A stretch of 64,000 nucleotides of DNA from a virus, in IMG/VR virus record IMGVR_UViG_3300042341_001047, one strand, 5' to 3'. The notes beneath the pieces are model-generated. The model did no database searches and was not told the origin of the DNA. It saw only the letters and a list, made by a program, of their open reading frames with translations. The position numbers and the translations under genes were made by a program. Below are positions 9,664 through 18,935 of this stretch, piece after piece; position 1 is the first letter of the stretch; each line of letters starts with the position of its first letter.

Positions 9664-11115
9664 TTAAAGTTGGATAGCTTTAATCTCATTAAATAAAGCC
9701 TTCTTATCTAACTCCATCATTTTCATGATGTCAAAAACTTTATCGCTGAAGCCAGCCAAAGCAAAAACGTTTTGTTCTGGAAATTGAAGTGTAGAGTAAC
9801 CAGCCAAATCCCAAGAATAAACATATGGATTAGCTCCAAACTTTTTCTTGTATTGACTGAACTCAGAAGCGGGTGTTGTATAACCCATCCAACCTTGCAT
9901 ATCTGACAAGATGATAACTCTGTCATACTTCTTATTAGCCTTTTGGAAGATAGAACGGAAGTTCGTACCACCACCAGAGAATCTAAAAGAGTTTCTAATA
10001 GTCATTACAGAATCCATTGGATTGTAAGACATATAATTAGCGTTAGTAGAGAAAGTCATAACATCACAGTTATTAACTTTAGCTAAAATAGCTCCAAATA
10101 AAGAAGCAATTTCAGATGGTTTACCACTCATAGAACCAGAGACATCCATAACAACAAGTGTTTCGCCATCAAATACTGGTACGTTAGCAACAGAGATATC
10201 AAGTGCTTGGTTGATTGCCATAAGAACTTCTCTTACTTCTTTAGAAGAACCAACCTTACTGATTTCTTCATAAGCAGTTGAGAAACGGAATGGAAGAACT
10301 CTAGAGTTCTTAATCAACTTTTCATCAACTAACATTTCACAAGCTGCTGAAATAGAATCAGGAGATTGGGATATAATATTTCTTAGGTTTTTAAGAAGTG
10401 CAAAATATCCCAATTTTCTTGTAGAAATTAATTCAGACCAAGCATCAGACTTTAATTTAGTTAAATCTTCTTCAGACTCAGCCATTTGACCAGCTAGTGA
10501 TAACTTAGATTCCCAAGTTTGTGTGTTTTTCAACTCACCTTTAATAAGTAACTCTAAAGCTTCTTTATTTCTCATAGTAGGAACTGGGTGGACAATGTTA
10601 ACTAAGTCAACAAGTTTTACATCTTTGTTATCACCTTTATATTTGGCCAATTGGTAACCATCAAACTTATCAAAAGCCTTAGCAAATCCTTTCTTCAAAG
10701 CATTTGGGAACTTAGGACTATCCTTAGAAGTCTTATAAGCTAGATAGTAAGACATGATTTCAGTCATATCATCAACACGAACAACTACTTTATCGTAGAA
10801 GTTTTTACCCCACTCAGCACCTTCCAATTGTGAAGTTAATTCACCAGCAAGTGCGTGAGTAATACTTCTCATACCGAAACGGTCACGAGCAAAAATAGCT
10901 GCCTTAGCAATAAATTCTTTATCTTTCACTTTAGTAGAAAGTTTTCTCAATTCATCTAAAGATGTTTGAGCATTTCTATAAAACTGATCATTAACAAATG
11001 ATGTTAATAATAAAGATACTAATGCTAATTCATTAGATTGTGAATAAGCTTGACCACCTGCTAGGTTTTCAGTTAAAGTTTTTGCCTTTGGCATTGTTGT
11101 GTTAAATTTTGACAT
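9664..11115 (-). CDS. rsr: Ro60/Rsr TROVE-domain RNA-binding protein with vWA domain
   Basis: NLAGGQAY, ARDRFGMRS, YQLAKY, TWESKLS, ALLKNLRNI, RVLPFRF; vWA MIDAS DVSGSM, GGTNF, IILSDMQ. Confidence 0.92.
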   Translation of the reverse strand: MSKFNTTMPKAKTLTENLAGGQAYSQSNELALVSLLLTSFVNDQFYRNAQTSLDELRKLSTKVKDKEFIAKAAIFARDRFGMRSITHALAGELTSQLEGAEWGKNFYDKVVVRVDDMTEIMSYYLAYKTSKDSPKFPNALKKGFAKAFDKFDGYQLAKYKGDNKDVKLVDLVNIVHPVPTMRNKEALELLIKGELKNTQTWESKLSLAGQMAESEEDLTKLKSDAWSELISTRKLGYFALLKNLRNIISQSPDSISAACEMLVDEKLIKNSRVLPFRFSTAYEEISKVGSSKEVREVLMAINQALDISVANVPVFDGETLVVMDVSGSMSGKPSEIASLFGAILAKVNNCDVMTFSTNANYMSYNPMDSVMTIRNSFRFSGGGTNFRSIFQKANKKYDRVIILSDMQGWMGYTTPASEFSQYKKKFGANPYVYSWDLAGYSTLQFPEQNVFALAGFSDKVFDIMKMMELDKKALFNEIKAIQL

Positions 11116-11148
11116 AATTTTATTTTTAATTTTAATTTATTTTTAAAC

Positions 11149-11189
11149 AAAAAAGACCAGATAAAACATTTCTGTTAAATCTGGTCTTT
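11149..11189 (-). terminator. intrinsic terminator between the ncRNA region and the TROVE CDS
   Basis: aaagaccagat...atctggtcttt stem, followed on the minus strand by a U tract. Confidence 0.7.
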
Positions 11190-11197
11190 ATAATTTG

Positions 11198-11484
11198 CGC
11201 AAACAAGTAAATTTAGCCTAAGGCGTTACAAAGAATTCTCCCGAAACTCTGCCTGTGTATTATCGTGTCCATCATACGAGTTTTTTTATTTAAAGGAAGT
11301 AAACTTTTTCCTTGACTTAGCCCTTAAAAAGGATTTACAGGAGTCACCCGGACTTTTTCACTTTAATTCAGTATGTCCTTTCGGCTTCATCTGAATTCAG
11401 TAGCCTTGCTGTCGCTTAGCACTTTTTCGATCATAGTTTATATTTGAATTTATCGAAGTATCTCAAACTATCGCTATGTCTGCG
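11198..11484 (-). ncRNA. putative ~290-nt structured RNA (Y-RNA-like candidate)
   Basis: Terminal helix CGCAGACA/UGUUUGCG (one G-U pair); internal hairpins AUAGUUU/AAACUAU and UUCAG..CC-GAAA-GG..CUGAA; GAGAUACUUCGA motif; higher GC than flanks; no ORF; directly upstream of Ro60. Confidence 0.55.
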
Positions 11485-11499
11485 TTTTAATTATATTGA

Positions 11500-11568
11500 C
11501 CAGAGAAAATTACTAAAGAGTGTTTTTTAGAATAAATGTTTCGAAGTAACTCTTTAATTTACTACTGG
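11500..11568 (-). ncRNA. putative 69-nt minimal Y-RNA-like hairpin
   Basis: CCAG-UAGU-AAAU-UAAAGAG...CUCUUUA-GUA-AUUU-UCU-CUGG bulged stem; GAGUUACUUCGA motif shared with the neighbouring RNA. Confidence 0.55.
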
Positions 11569-11650
11569 AATTTTTTAATTGTCTTTCTTTTATATCTGAA
11601 AATCAAAAAGTTTTAATTTTCTTCAAAAAAAGTTTTTTTAATTTGTTTAG

Positions 11651-11702
11651 TATATATCAACCTCTAAAATTTCACTTTTTTCAAAGGTGGATTGTTTACA
11701 GA
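11651..11702 (-). promoter_or_regulatory. extended phage promoter (ATCCAC-N30-TATATA)
   Basis: Same two boxes and exact 30-nt spacing as upstream of the capsid and protease genes. Confidence 0.6.
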
Positions 11703-11715
11703 TAAGTTATATACC

Positions 11716-12357
11716 TTACTTACCAATATGTTTAGAGATTTCATAAATTAATTCCTCTAACTCTTCTTCTGACATTTTATCAGTTACCTTCAAATCATCG
11801 GTATTTACAAGGTCTCCAGGCATTTCTTGTTGAACTGGAGTGATTATATAATCAGAAAATTCTTCTTTCTCTTCATCAGTAAAACATTTAACCATTGATA
11901 AATAAGACCAATCTAATTTATCTTTCCATTGTCTAATAAAATCAATTGATAAGTCATTAGCACTAATAACAGACCATAAATTTTTATCTTCAATAACTTT
12001 AGTATGATTGTCAAATGAATCAGATTGAGTAGAGATATAAAGTATCATTCTATCCCAATTAATATTTTCTTTATACTTAGTGATAAAATCATCAGATAGA
12101 TTAGAATATGTTGTCATACTTAATTCTGTAATATCTTCGATATTTAAATACTCCATTTCAATAGCTTTAATAATAAACTCTTCTGAAAAATTCAAACCTT
12201 GAATAAGAACTTCTTTATCTAAAAGGTCTGTACATTCTAAAATAGTATCTTCGGATAATTCATAATTTCTAACAATATCATATGTTTCATATCCACTTGA
12301 TAATAATTCAATTACCCAACTTCTATCTAGTTTTCCTTCTATTTCAATTTTTTCCAT
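11716..12357 (-). CDS. tryptophan-repeat hypothetical protein
   Basis: Repeated LSxDFIxxxKxxI/LxW units (LSDDFITKYKENINW, LSIDFIRQWKDKLDW). Confidence 0.55.
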   Translation of the reverse strand: MEKIEIEGKLDRSWVIELLSSGYETYDIVRNYELSEDTILECTDLLDKEVLIQGLNFSEEFIIKAIEMEYLNIEDITELSMTTYSNLSDDFITKYKENINWDRMILYISTQSDSFDNHTKVIEDKNLWSVISANDLSIDFIRQWKDKLDWSYLSMVKCFTDEEKEEFSDYIITPVQQEMPGDLVNTDDLKVTDKMSEEELEELIYEISKHIGK

Positions 12358-12385
12358 AAAAATAATTTCTTTTTATTTATATAAT

Positions 12386-12417
12386 AAAAAAAGGGATTGT
12401 TGTCACAACCCCTTTTT
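12386..12417 (-). terminator. intrinsic terminator after nrdA
   Basis: aaaaaaagggattgt-tgtc-acaaccccttttt. Confidence 0.65.
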
Positions 12418-12435
12418 CAATTTTATCTATTTTGA

Positions 12436-14982
12436 TTAAGATCCACAAGCTAAACAATCATCTGGATTATCAAGTGAACAACTGATTTCAGCCATTTGTT
12501 CCTCAACAGATTTATTATCTTCTTGAACGGTGAACTTAACAGCATCTGAAGCTGATTTGTTTCTTAGATAATAGATACCTGTTTTCAAAGCAGATTTCTT
12601 ATCTCTATAACATCTAGCTTTTCCTTCTGAATCATATATGATTTCAATAGATTCACCTTGAGGAATAATTGGAGTACCATCAGCATTCATAATAAAGTTT
12701 CTTCTTCCCCAACCATAAAAGTGCATTGAAGTCAACTTCGCAAAGTTTGGAGAATCCATAAAGATATTCATTGATTGTGTTTGGTCGATGAAAGCTCCTC
12801 TATCAGCAGCCATGTCAATAACATCTTTTTGTTTAATTTCATAAACCGTTTTATAAACTTCTTTTATGTTCGTAGGAACTTGTGGTATATTTTGAATAGA
12901 ACCATTTTCTCCAATAATTCTTTTTCTTATATCATCATTCCATAATCCTAATTTAACCAATTCTTTTACAAGATATTTATTAACTAAGATAAATGTTCCA
13001 GAGAGTACACTTCTTGTATACATATTTGAAGTTTGTGCTTCACAAGATGCTTCATTACCTAAGATAGATGCTGTAGAAGCAGTTGGCATAATACAAGTAG
13101 TTAAAGAATTTCTAACACCATGTTTTTTAATTTCTTCTCTTAGTTTATCCCAATCCCATCTTTTTGTAGGTTTAGCACCCCATAAGTCAAATTGAAATTT
13201 ACCTTGTGAAATAGGAGAACCTTCATATGTTACATAAGGACCTTGTTCTTTAGCTAAGTCACAAGAAGCTTTAATTGAAGCGTAATAAATAGTTTCAAAA
13301 ATTTCTTTGTTTATTGATTTAGCTTCTTCTGATTCATAAGGTAATCCTAACATAAAGAATACATCAGCTAATCCTTGAACACCCAATCCAATTGGTCTAT
13401 GTAATAGGTTAGAGAATTTAGCGGCCGGTGATGGATAAAAGTTAACATCAATTACATTATTCAAGTTAATTGTAGCTTGATAAGCAACATCATACAATTT
13501 ATTGAAGTTATAAGTTTTGTTTTTATTAACAAACTTAGGTAAAGCGATAGAAGCCAAGTTGCAAACAGCAGTTTCATTCACAGATTCTTCACCAAAAAAC
13601 TCACCTAATCCAATTCTTTCCAATAACTCTTTATTTTGTAGTATCTCAGCTTGTGTTTTAGTAATTCCAGTTGCTTCAACAATTTCAGCACAAAGGTTAG
13701 AACTTCTAATCACACCAATATTAGATTGATTTGATTTCTCATTAATAGAATCTTTATAAAGAATGTAAGGAGTTCCTGTTTCAATTTGAGATTCAAGAAT
13801 TTTATTCCAAACCTCTCTTGCTTTAAGAGTTCTTTTAGCTTTACCTTGTTGTTCATAGCTTGTGTAAAGTTCTCTGAATTCTTTACCATAAGTTTCTGTT
13901 AAACCAGAACATTCGTGAGGACACATCAAAGACCAATCTTCATCAAGTTCAACTCTCTCCATAAATAAGTCATTCATCCACATAGCCAAGAATAAATCTC
14001 TAGCTCTAATTTCATCTTTACCTTGATTCTTACGAAGGTCTAAGAACTCCATAATATCAGAATGCCAAGGTTCCATATAAATAGCAATTGAACCTTTTCT
14101 TTTACCACCACCTTGGTCAACAGCTCTTGCTGTCTCATTAAAAATCTTCAAGAAAGGAATAATACCATTTGAGGTACCATTAGTACCAGCAATATAAGTT
14201 CCTTTAGATCTAACTTTAGTGAAAGAAATACCGATACCTCCAGCGTTTTTAGAGATTTGAGCAGATTCTTTAAGAGTGTTAAAGATGCCTTCAATTGAAT
14301 CATTCTCAACATCTAATAAGAAACAAGATGATAATTGTGGTCTACCCGTACCAGAGTTAAATAAGGTTGGAGTAGCGTGTGTATAATAACCTTCTGAAAG
14401 TGTATTATAAGTTTCGATAACTTTTTCCAAGTTCTCACCCCATACTTGAAGAGCTGTTCTCATATACATATACTGAGGTCTTTCAGCTACTTTACCATTC
14501 AATTTCAATAGATAAGACTTCTCTAATGTTTTGAATCCAAAGTAATCAAAATTGTGGTCTCTTGAATGCACAATAGCTGAATCAAGTTCACCAGCATGTT
14601 CTTTTACAATTTTATAAAAGCTTTCAGAAACAATTGGAGAATGTTTACCTGTTTTAGGATCGATGTACTTATAAAGATCTTCAGCAGTTTCAGAAAAACT
14701 CTTTTTTGTTTCTTTATGCAAATTTGTAATTGCCAATCTAGCCGCTAAGATAGAATAATCAGGATGTTTAGTAGCTAAAGACGCAGCTGTCTCCATAGCT
14801 AATTGATCTAAAGTATAAGTTTTAATATCCGGTGTTATTCCTTCAATTACCTTTTGAGCAACTTCAAAAGGAATTATAAGTTTCTGATCTAACCCATAAG
14901 TTTGTTGTTTAATTCTGTCTAAAATTTTGTCCAGCATAACTGGCTCTTTCTTCCCATTTCTTTTTATTACTTTTATATTCAT
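12436..14982 (-). CDS. nrdA: ribonucleotide reductase class Ia alpha subunit with ATP cone
   Basis: VIKRNG ATP cone, ATPTLFNSGT, QLSSCF, SSNLCAE, AVCNLAS, MPTAST, TGIYYLR, C-terminal CLACGS. Confidence 0.97.
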   Translation of the reverse strand: MNIKVIKRNGKKEPVMLDKILDRIKQQTYGLDQKLIIPFEVAQKVIEGITPDIKTYTLDQLAMETAASLATKHPDYSILAARLAITNLHKETKKSFSETAEDLYKYIDPKTGKHSPIVSESFYKIVKEHAGELDSAIVHSRDHNFDYFGFKTLEKSYLLKLNGKVAERPQYMYMRTALQVWGENLEKVIETYNTLSEGYYTHATPTLFNSGTGRPQLSSCFLLDVENDSIEGIFNTLKESAQISKNAGGIGISFTKVRSKGTYIAGTNGTSNGIIPFLKIFNETARAVDQGGGKRKGSIAIYMEPWHSDIMEFLDLRKNQGKDEIRARDLFLAMWMNDLFMERVELDEDWSLMCPHECSGLTETYGKEFRELYTSYEQQGKAKRTLKAREVWNKILESQIETGTPYILYKDSINEKSNQSNIGVIRSSNLCAEIVEATGITKTQAEILQNKELLERIGLGEFFGEESVNETAVCNLASIALPKFVNKNKTYNFNKLYDVAYQATINLNNVIDVNFYPSPAAKFSNLLHRPIGLGVQGLADVFFMLGLPYESEEAKSINKEIFETIYYASIKASCDLAKEQGPYVTYEGSPISQGKFQFDLWGAKPTKRWDWDKLREEIKKHGVRNSLTTCIMPTASTASILGNEASCEAQTSNMYTRSVLSGTFILVNKYLVKELVKLGLWNDDIRKRIIGENGSIQNIPQVPTNIKEVYKTVYEIKQKDVIDMAADRGAFIDQTQSMNIFMDSPNFAKLTSMHFYGWGRRNFIMNADGTPIIPQGESIEIIYDSEGKARCYRDKKSALKTGIYYLRNKSASDAVKFTVQEDNKSVEEQMAEISCSLDNPDDCLACGS

Positions 14983-15098
14983 GTTTTTAATTTTTTTTGT
15001 CTTTTATATATCTGTGTTAAAATCCAATTAAAAATGTCAATTATTCATTTTTTTTTGGTTTTTTATAATAGCCTTTTTAATTATTTTTTTATAGTTTA

Positions 15099-16052
15099 TT
15101 ACAAAAAGTCTATATTGTTTAATTTATTTAGGTTATACTTAAATTTAGTATTATTTAAAATTTTAGTAATTTTTCCAAGTTCTACATTATATAAATTTTC
15201 ATAAGAGTCAACTTTAAAAGTTGATTCAATGTAGTCAGTTTCGATAACAACACCGGTTATTATTTTACTTTCCTCTAAAATCTCATCAAACCATTCGAAT
15301 TCAATTTCAGTTCCCTCATAAATATTTCTATTTGTGATTTCTTTAGCATTTACGTTTTTACCAATGTGATCTTGTAGTTCATTTATTATTAAATTCCTCC
15401 ACTTTTTATCCAATAGTTTGAACATATTGAAAAGATTATCTGAAAAATAAACAGCCAACTCATTAAACAATTCAATGTTTGTAAAACTCTCACTAGTAAG
15501 ATTTGTTTTCAATAGTGAATAATACTGATTGAAATCCGACCTAGATGGTTTTCTACGATTATTTAAAAAGTTAATACTAGTATTTTCAGTTAGAATAGCA
15601 TAAACTCTTTCTTTAACTAATTTAGACCTAATGTATTTTTCATTATCAATAGATTCAAAGTAGTAGTTAGATGATTTATCGACTTCAATAGTATCTTTAT
15701 GATACATACCAAATCCACCCATATCTTCATCCTCGTCTAAAGGATCTTCTTTTTTACCTTTGAAAATTGAATCATATTTTAATGAGTGTTTTCCTTCTAC
15801 CTTATGTTTAGATAGAACAACATCATCAGTTTCAGTTTCTTCAGGTTTCACATCGGTGATATTAAGATCTTCATCATCTATTTCGATAATGATGTCTAAA
15901 TTATCTTCATCATCATCAATCATATACCCATCACCATCGTCACTATCGTCATCTTCATCAGACTCTTGTTCTGGTTCAATAACCTCATTTTGAGTATCAT
16001 CATCTAATTCTTCATCAAAATCATCTTCATCGTCTCTAACTTTTTTAGCCAT
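15099..16052 (-). CDS. hypothetical protein with highly acidic N-terminus
   Basis: D/E-rich first ~80 aa; lies between the helicase and nrdA. Confidence 0.65.
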   Translation of the reverse strand: MAKKVRDDEDDFDEELDDDTQNEVIEPEQESDEDDDSDDGDGYMIDDDEDNLDIIIEIDDEDLNITDVKPEETETDDVVLSKHKVEGKHSLKYDSIFKGKKEDPLDEDEDMGGFGMYHKDTIEVDKSSNYYFESIDNEKYIRSKLVKERVYAILTENTSINFLNNRRKPSRSDFNQYYSLLKTNLTSESFTNIELFNELAVYFSDNLFNMFKLLDKKWRNLIINELQDHIGKNVNAKEITNRNIYEGTEIEFEWFDEILEESKIITGVVIETDYIESTFKVDSYENLYNVELGKITKILNNTKFKYNLNKLNNIDFL

Positions 16053-16069
16053 GTTTTATTTTATTTTTA

Positions 16070-17398
16070 TTATTGATCTAAAAATTGATCATTTTCAAGA
16101 GTCAAATATGTAGAGTTCAAATTAAGTCGAATCTGTGACTTTAAGAAATCACCATCTCTTTGTTTTAATAACTTGAATCTATACAGATTTTGTCTTTTCA
16201 TTTCTTCAGTTCTTATTATAGCAAAAAATGTGTCTGCTGTTTCAGCAATCGCCTTAGATTCAGGTACACTTTCTAATGTAATATCAGCTGAGTTCCAAGC
16301 GTCCTTAGCGACTTGAACACCAGTTATGACTGGACACTTGTATTTAGCACCAACTGCTCTTAAAGCTTCTGCAAGAGTCTTACCTTTAGTATAAAGGTTA
16401 TCAGCCATTGCTCCTTTATTAGTTGCTACTAATGTGATATAATCCACGATAATTAAATCGATTTTTATATCTTTCTTTTCTTTTAACTTTTGAATGTAAT
16501 TATCAAAATCAGTAACCGTGGCAGTACCAGCCGCCCAGAACTTGGTAAAGATTTTACCAACTTTCTTATCAAAAAGATCCCCACTATCAGCAGTTTTACT
16601 AAGATTAGCGATTTTCTTTTTAATCATTTCGGTATCTTTTGAAAGAACATCATATTCATTGATAGGAATTTTTAATCTCATTGCTCCAATTCTTTTCATA
16701 ACTTTTCTTTCACTCATCTCAAGTGTTATGTAAAGAACATTATGACCCATATCAGCGGCTTTGAAAGCAAAGTTCTGCATCCAAAGAGACTTACCATTGT
16801 TAGTCTCAGCCATAATAACATTAAGAGTTGAAATATCCCAACCACCACCTAACATATGGTCAATTGATTCAAATCCACACTTAACTTTAAATTTAGAAGA
16901 ATCTTGAACGTGGTTTTCAGGGTCATCAAAGTCTGAACCTAAGTCATCATCTTGAATAAAGTTTGTTGATGACATTTCATTGACAATAGATTTAATTCTA
17001 TCAGCCGCTTCTACAGCTTTTTCAAAGTCAGAAATAGAATCAAGATTTCTTGTTTCGTCAATAATATCTACGGTGCCGGTTTTTAACCTATTTCCTAGAA
17101 TCCAAGCGTTAAATTTAGGTTCAATGAAGTTCTTCTCATCATATTCTTTTAAATCTACTTGTAAAATTGATTTTAATATTTCTTTAGTTATAACTCCTTC
17201 TTTATCTTCTAAAGAAACCATATCTAATATTTGTCTAGGAGTAGGAACCTGAGTATCAGCTTTAATCATATACTCTCTAATCACACCATAAACAAATTGA
17301 ATTTCGGAGTTTCTAAAGAAATAAGGTTTAACAATATCAAAGTATTTCTTGTTCTTAAGTATAAAGCTGAAAAATACTTTCTCTAATTGTGGAGTCAT
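16070..17398 (-). CDS. gp41: replicative DnaB-family helicase (T4 gp41-like)
   Basis: Walker A AETNNGKS, YITLEMSE, IIVDYI, ESKAIAETAD, LLKQRDG. Confidence 0.9.
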   Translation of the reverse strand: MTPQLEKVFFSFILKNKKYFDIVKPYFFRNSEIQFVYGVIREYMIKADTQVPTPRQILDMVSLEDKEGVITKEILKSILQVDLKEYDEKNFIEPKFNAWILGNRLKTGTVDIIDETRNLDSISDFEKAVEAADRIKSIVNEMSSTNFIQDDDLGSDFDDPENHVQDSSKFKVKCGFESIDHMLGGGWDISTLNVIMAETNNGKSLWMQNFAFKAADMGHNVLYITLEMSERKVMKRIGAMRLKIPINEYDVLSKDTEMIKKKIANLSKTADSGDLFDKKVGKIFTKFWAAGTATVTDFDNYIQKLKEKKDIKIDLIIVDYITLVATNKGAMADNLYTKGKTLAEALRAVGAKYKCPVITGVQVAKDAWNSADITLESVPESKAIAETADTFFAIIRTEEMKRQNLYRFKLLKQRDGDFLKSQIRLNLNSTYLTLENDQFLDQ

Positions 17399-17457
17399 TT
17401 AAATAATTTCATTTTTATATTATATAAAATGCTATTACTAAGTTTGCTATAAATGTG

Positions 17458-18243
17458 TTATTGCTCTTTAATTAGATCGATGTTTGAGTCTTTCTCAGTA
17501 TCAGTAAATGTAGAAAACTTTTGAATAGATGGGGTTTCTATATCAGCTAAAACTTCTTTTTGATTAATAGGGAATTTACTTTTAATTTTATTCAAAATAC
17601 TAACTATACCATGTTTTGCAATTATAGTACCTATACCAATTGCTAAACCTAAAAAGTTCTGACAAAGTGTTTCTAAATTCAATTCATATTTACCTATTAT
17701 TGATAAAACACCATTCATGACAGGTATCAATAAAGATGTATAAGCAAACATATCAATTATTCCATCAGCGATAGTACCTAGATGTTTACCTATAACTGAG
17801 AATATATTTTTTATTGATTCTAAACTCTTTATCATTTTTTTAACAAGGCCGTTTCCAATTCCCATCATTTTTAATTCTTCCAACATAGATTGAGAATCTT
17901 TTGTAAGTAAGGCTTCTTCTTCTGGTGTTTTGAATCTTTTTTCTTCTAAATATGCTATTGTTACAGAAGAAATTGTTAATAAAACAACAGATTCTGGAGT
18001 TATTTCGATTGAGGATATACCCATATTTCTTATAAGACTATCAACTATAGGATAAAGAGCTCCGATACCAGCTCCAAATGTAGCGATTAATCTAGTATTT
18101 AATTTTAAGTCAGCAACTACTTTCCTTTGCACTTTTTTATAGTTGGTCTCATCAGACTCTAATAACATTTTATCAAAAGAATTAATAAAATTAAAAGCCA
18201 TCGATTCAGTTGAATCATACTCTTCAAATCTTTGAATTTTCAT
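17458..18243 (-). CDS. hypothetical membrane-associated protein with capsid-targeting-like leader
   Basis: MKIQRFEEY leader; several hydrophobic G-rich helices; TAATATATA upstream. Confidence 0.6.
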   Translation of the reverse strand: MKIQRFEEYDSTESMAFNFINSFDKMLLESDETNYKKVQRKVVADLKLNTRLIATFGAGIGALYPIVDSLIRNMGISSIEITPESVVLLTISSVTIAYLEEKRFKTPEEEALLTKDSQSMLEELKMMGIGNGLVKKMIKSLESIKNIFSVIGKHLGTIADGIIDMFAYTSLLIPVMNGVLSIIGKYELNLETLCQNFLGLAIGIGTIIAKHGIVSILNKIKSKFPINQKEVLADIETPSIQKFSTFTDTEKDSNIDLIKEQ

Positions 18244-18398
18244 AAAGTATATATTATTTATTAATCCTCATTTTTCATAACAAAGGTTCTCTTTTAGTGT
18301 TAGATTCTAAAATAATTTAGAATTTTCATAACTATATCTAAAAAGCATAAAAATGAGTTTATTTATTTAATATATAAAACATAAAAATAATATTTAAA

Positions 18399-18887
18399 AT
18401 GAGATATCTAAAAACTTTTGAAAACTTTGATCTAGGACCTAGATTCACTGATGATAGCGTTGAAACCGACGAACAAGATTGGTTGACAAGAGCTAAACAA
18501 ATAGAAAATGAAGAAGAGTCTGAAGAAGAGTCCGAAGAAGATTATGAAGATTGTGAAGAATGCGATGATGAAGAGACAAATTCATTGGAATCTAAACCTA
18601 GAGTTTGGGGTGATGAAGTTGTTGAAAAGAAAAAGGTAAATGCTGGATTTCAAGCTTATTTAGATAAACAAAAAGCTAAAAAAGGAGATAAAAAAGAAGA
18701 AAAAGGTGGTAAAAAAGCTAAACCTGATTTTTTAGATTTAGATAAAGATGGTGATAAAAAAGAACCAATGAAGAAAGCGGCTAAAGATGCTAAAGAAGAT
18801 GACAAAGGTGGTAAAAAAGGTTTAACGGCTGGACAAAAGAAATTACCAGAAGCAATGCAAAAAGCTATTTTGAAAAAACAAAAATAA
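18399..18887 (+). CDS. acidic/basic low-complexity protein, probable head-internal/core protein
   Basis: MRYLKTFENF leader; KPDFLDLDKDGDKKEPMKKAAKD segment (EF-hand-like DxDxDGD); late-promoter motif upstream. Confidence 0.55.
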   Translation: MRYLKTFENFDLGPRFTDDSVETDEQDWLTRAKQIENEEESEEESEEDYEDCEECDDEETNSLESKPRVWGDEVVEKKKVNAGFQAYLDKQKAKKGDKKEEKGGKKAKPDFLDLDKDGDKKEPMKKAAKDAKEDDKGGKKGLTAGQKKLPEAMQKAILKKQK

Positions 18888-18904
18888 TTAAAAAGCTATA
18901 TAAC

Positions 18905-18935
18905 AAAAAACCCACTCAATTGAGTGGGTTTTTTT
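18905..18935. terminator. bidirectional intrinsic terminator
   Basis: aaaaaacccactc-aatt-gagtgggttttttt. Confidence 0.85.

Noticed and set aside
11311-11322. cttgacttagcc on the + strand resembles the 3' end of vertebrate Y RNAs
   Set aside because: It is on the opposite strand to the promoter, terminator and Ro60 gene, and no matching 5' GGCUGGUCCG strand is present; probably chance
11366-11400. Possible hammerhead ribozyme (GAUGA...CCGAAAGG) in the ncRNA region
   Set aside because: The CUGANGA core and a correctly placed GAAA after stem II are not present
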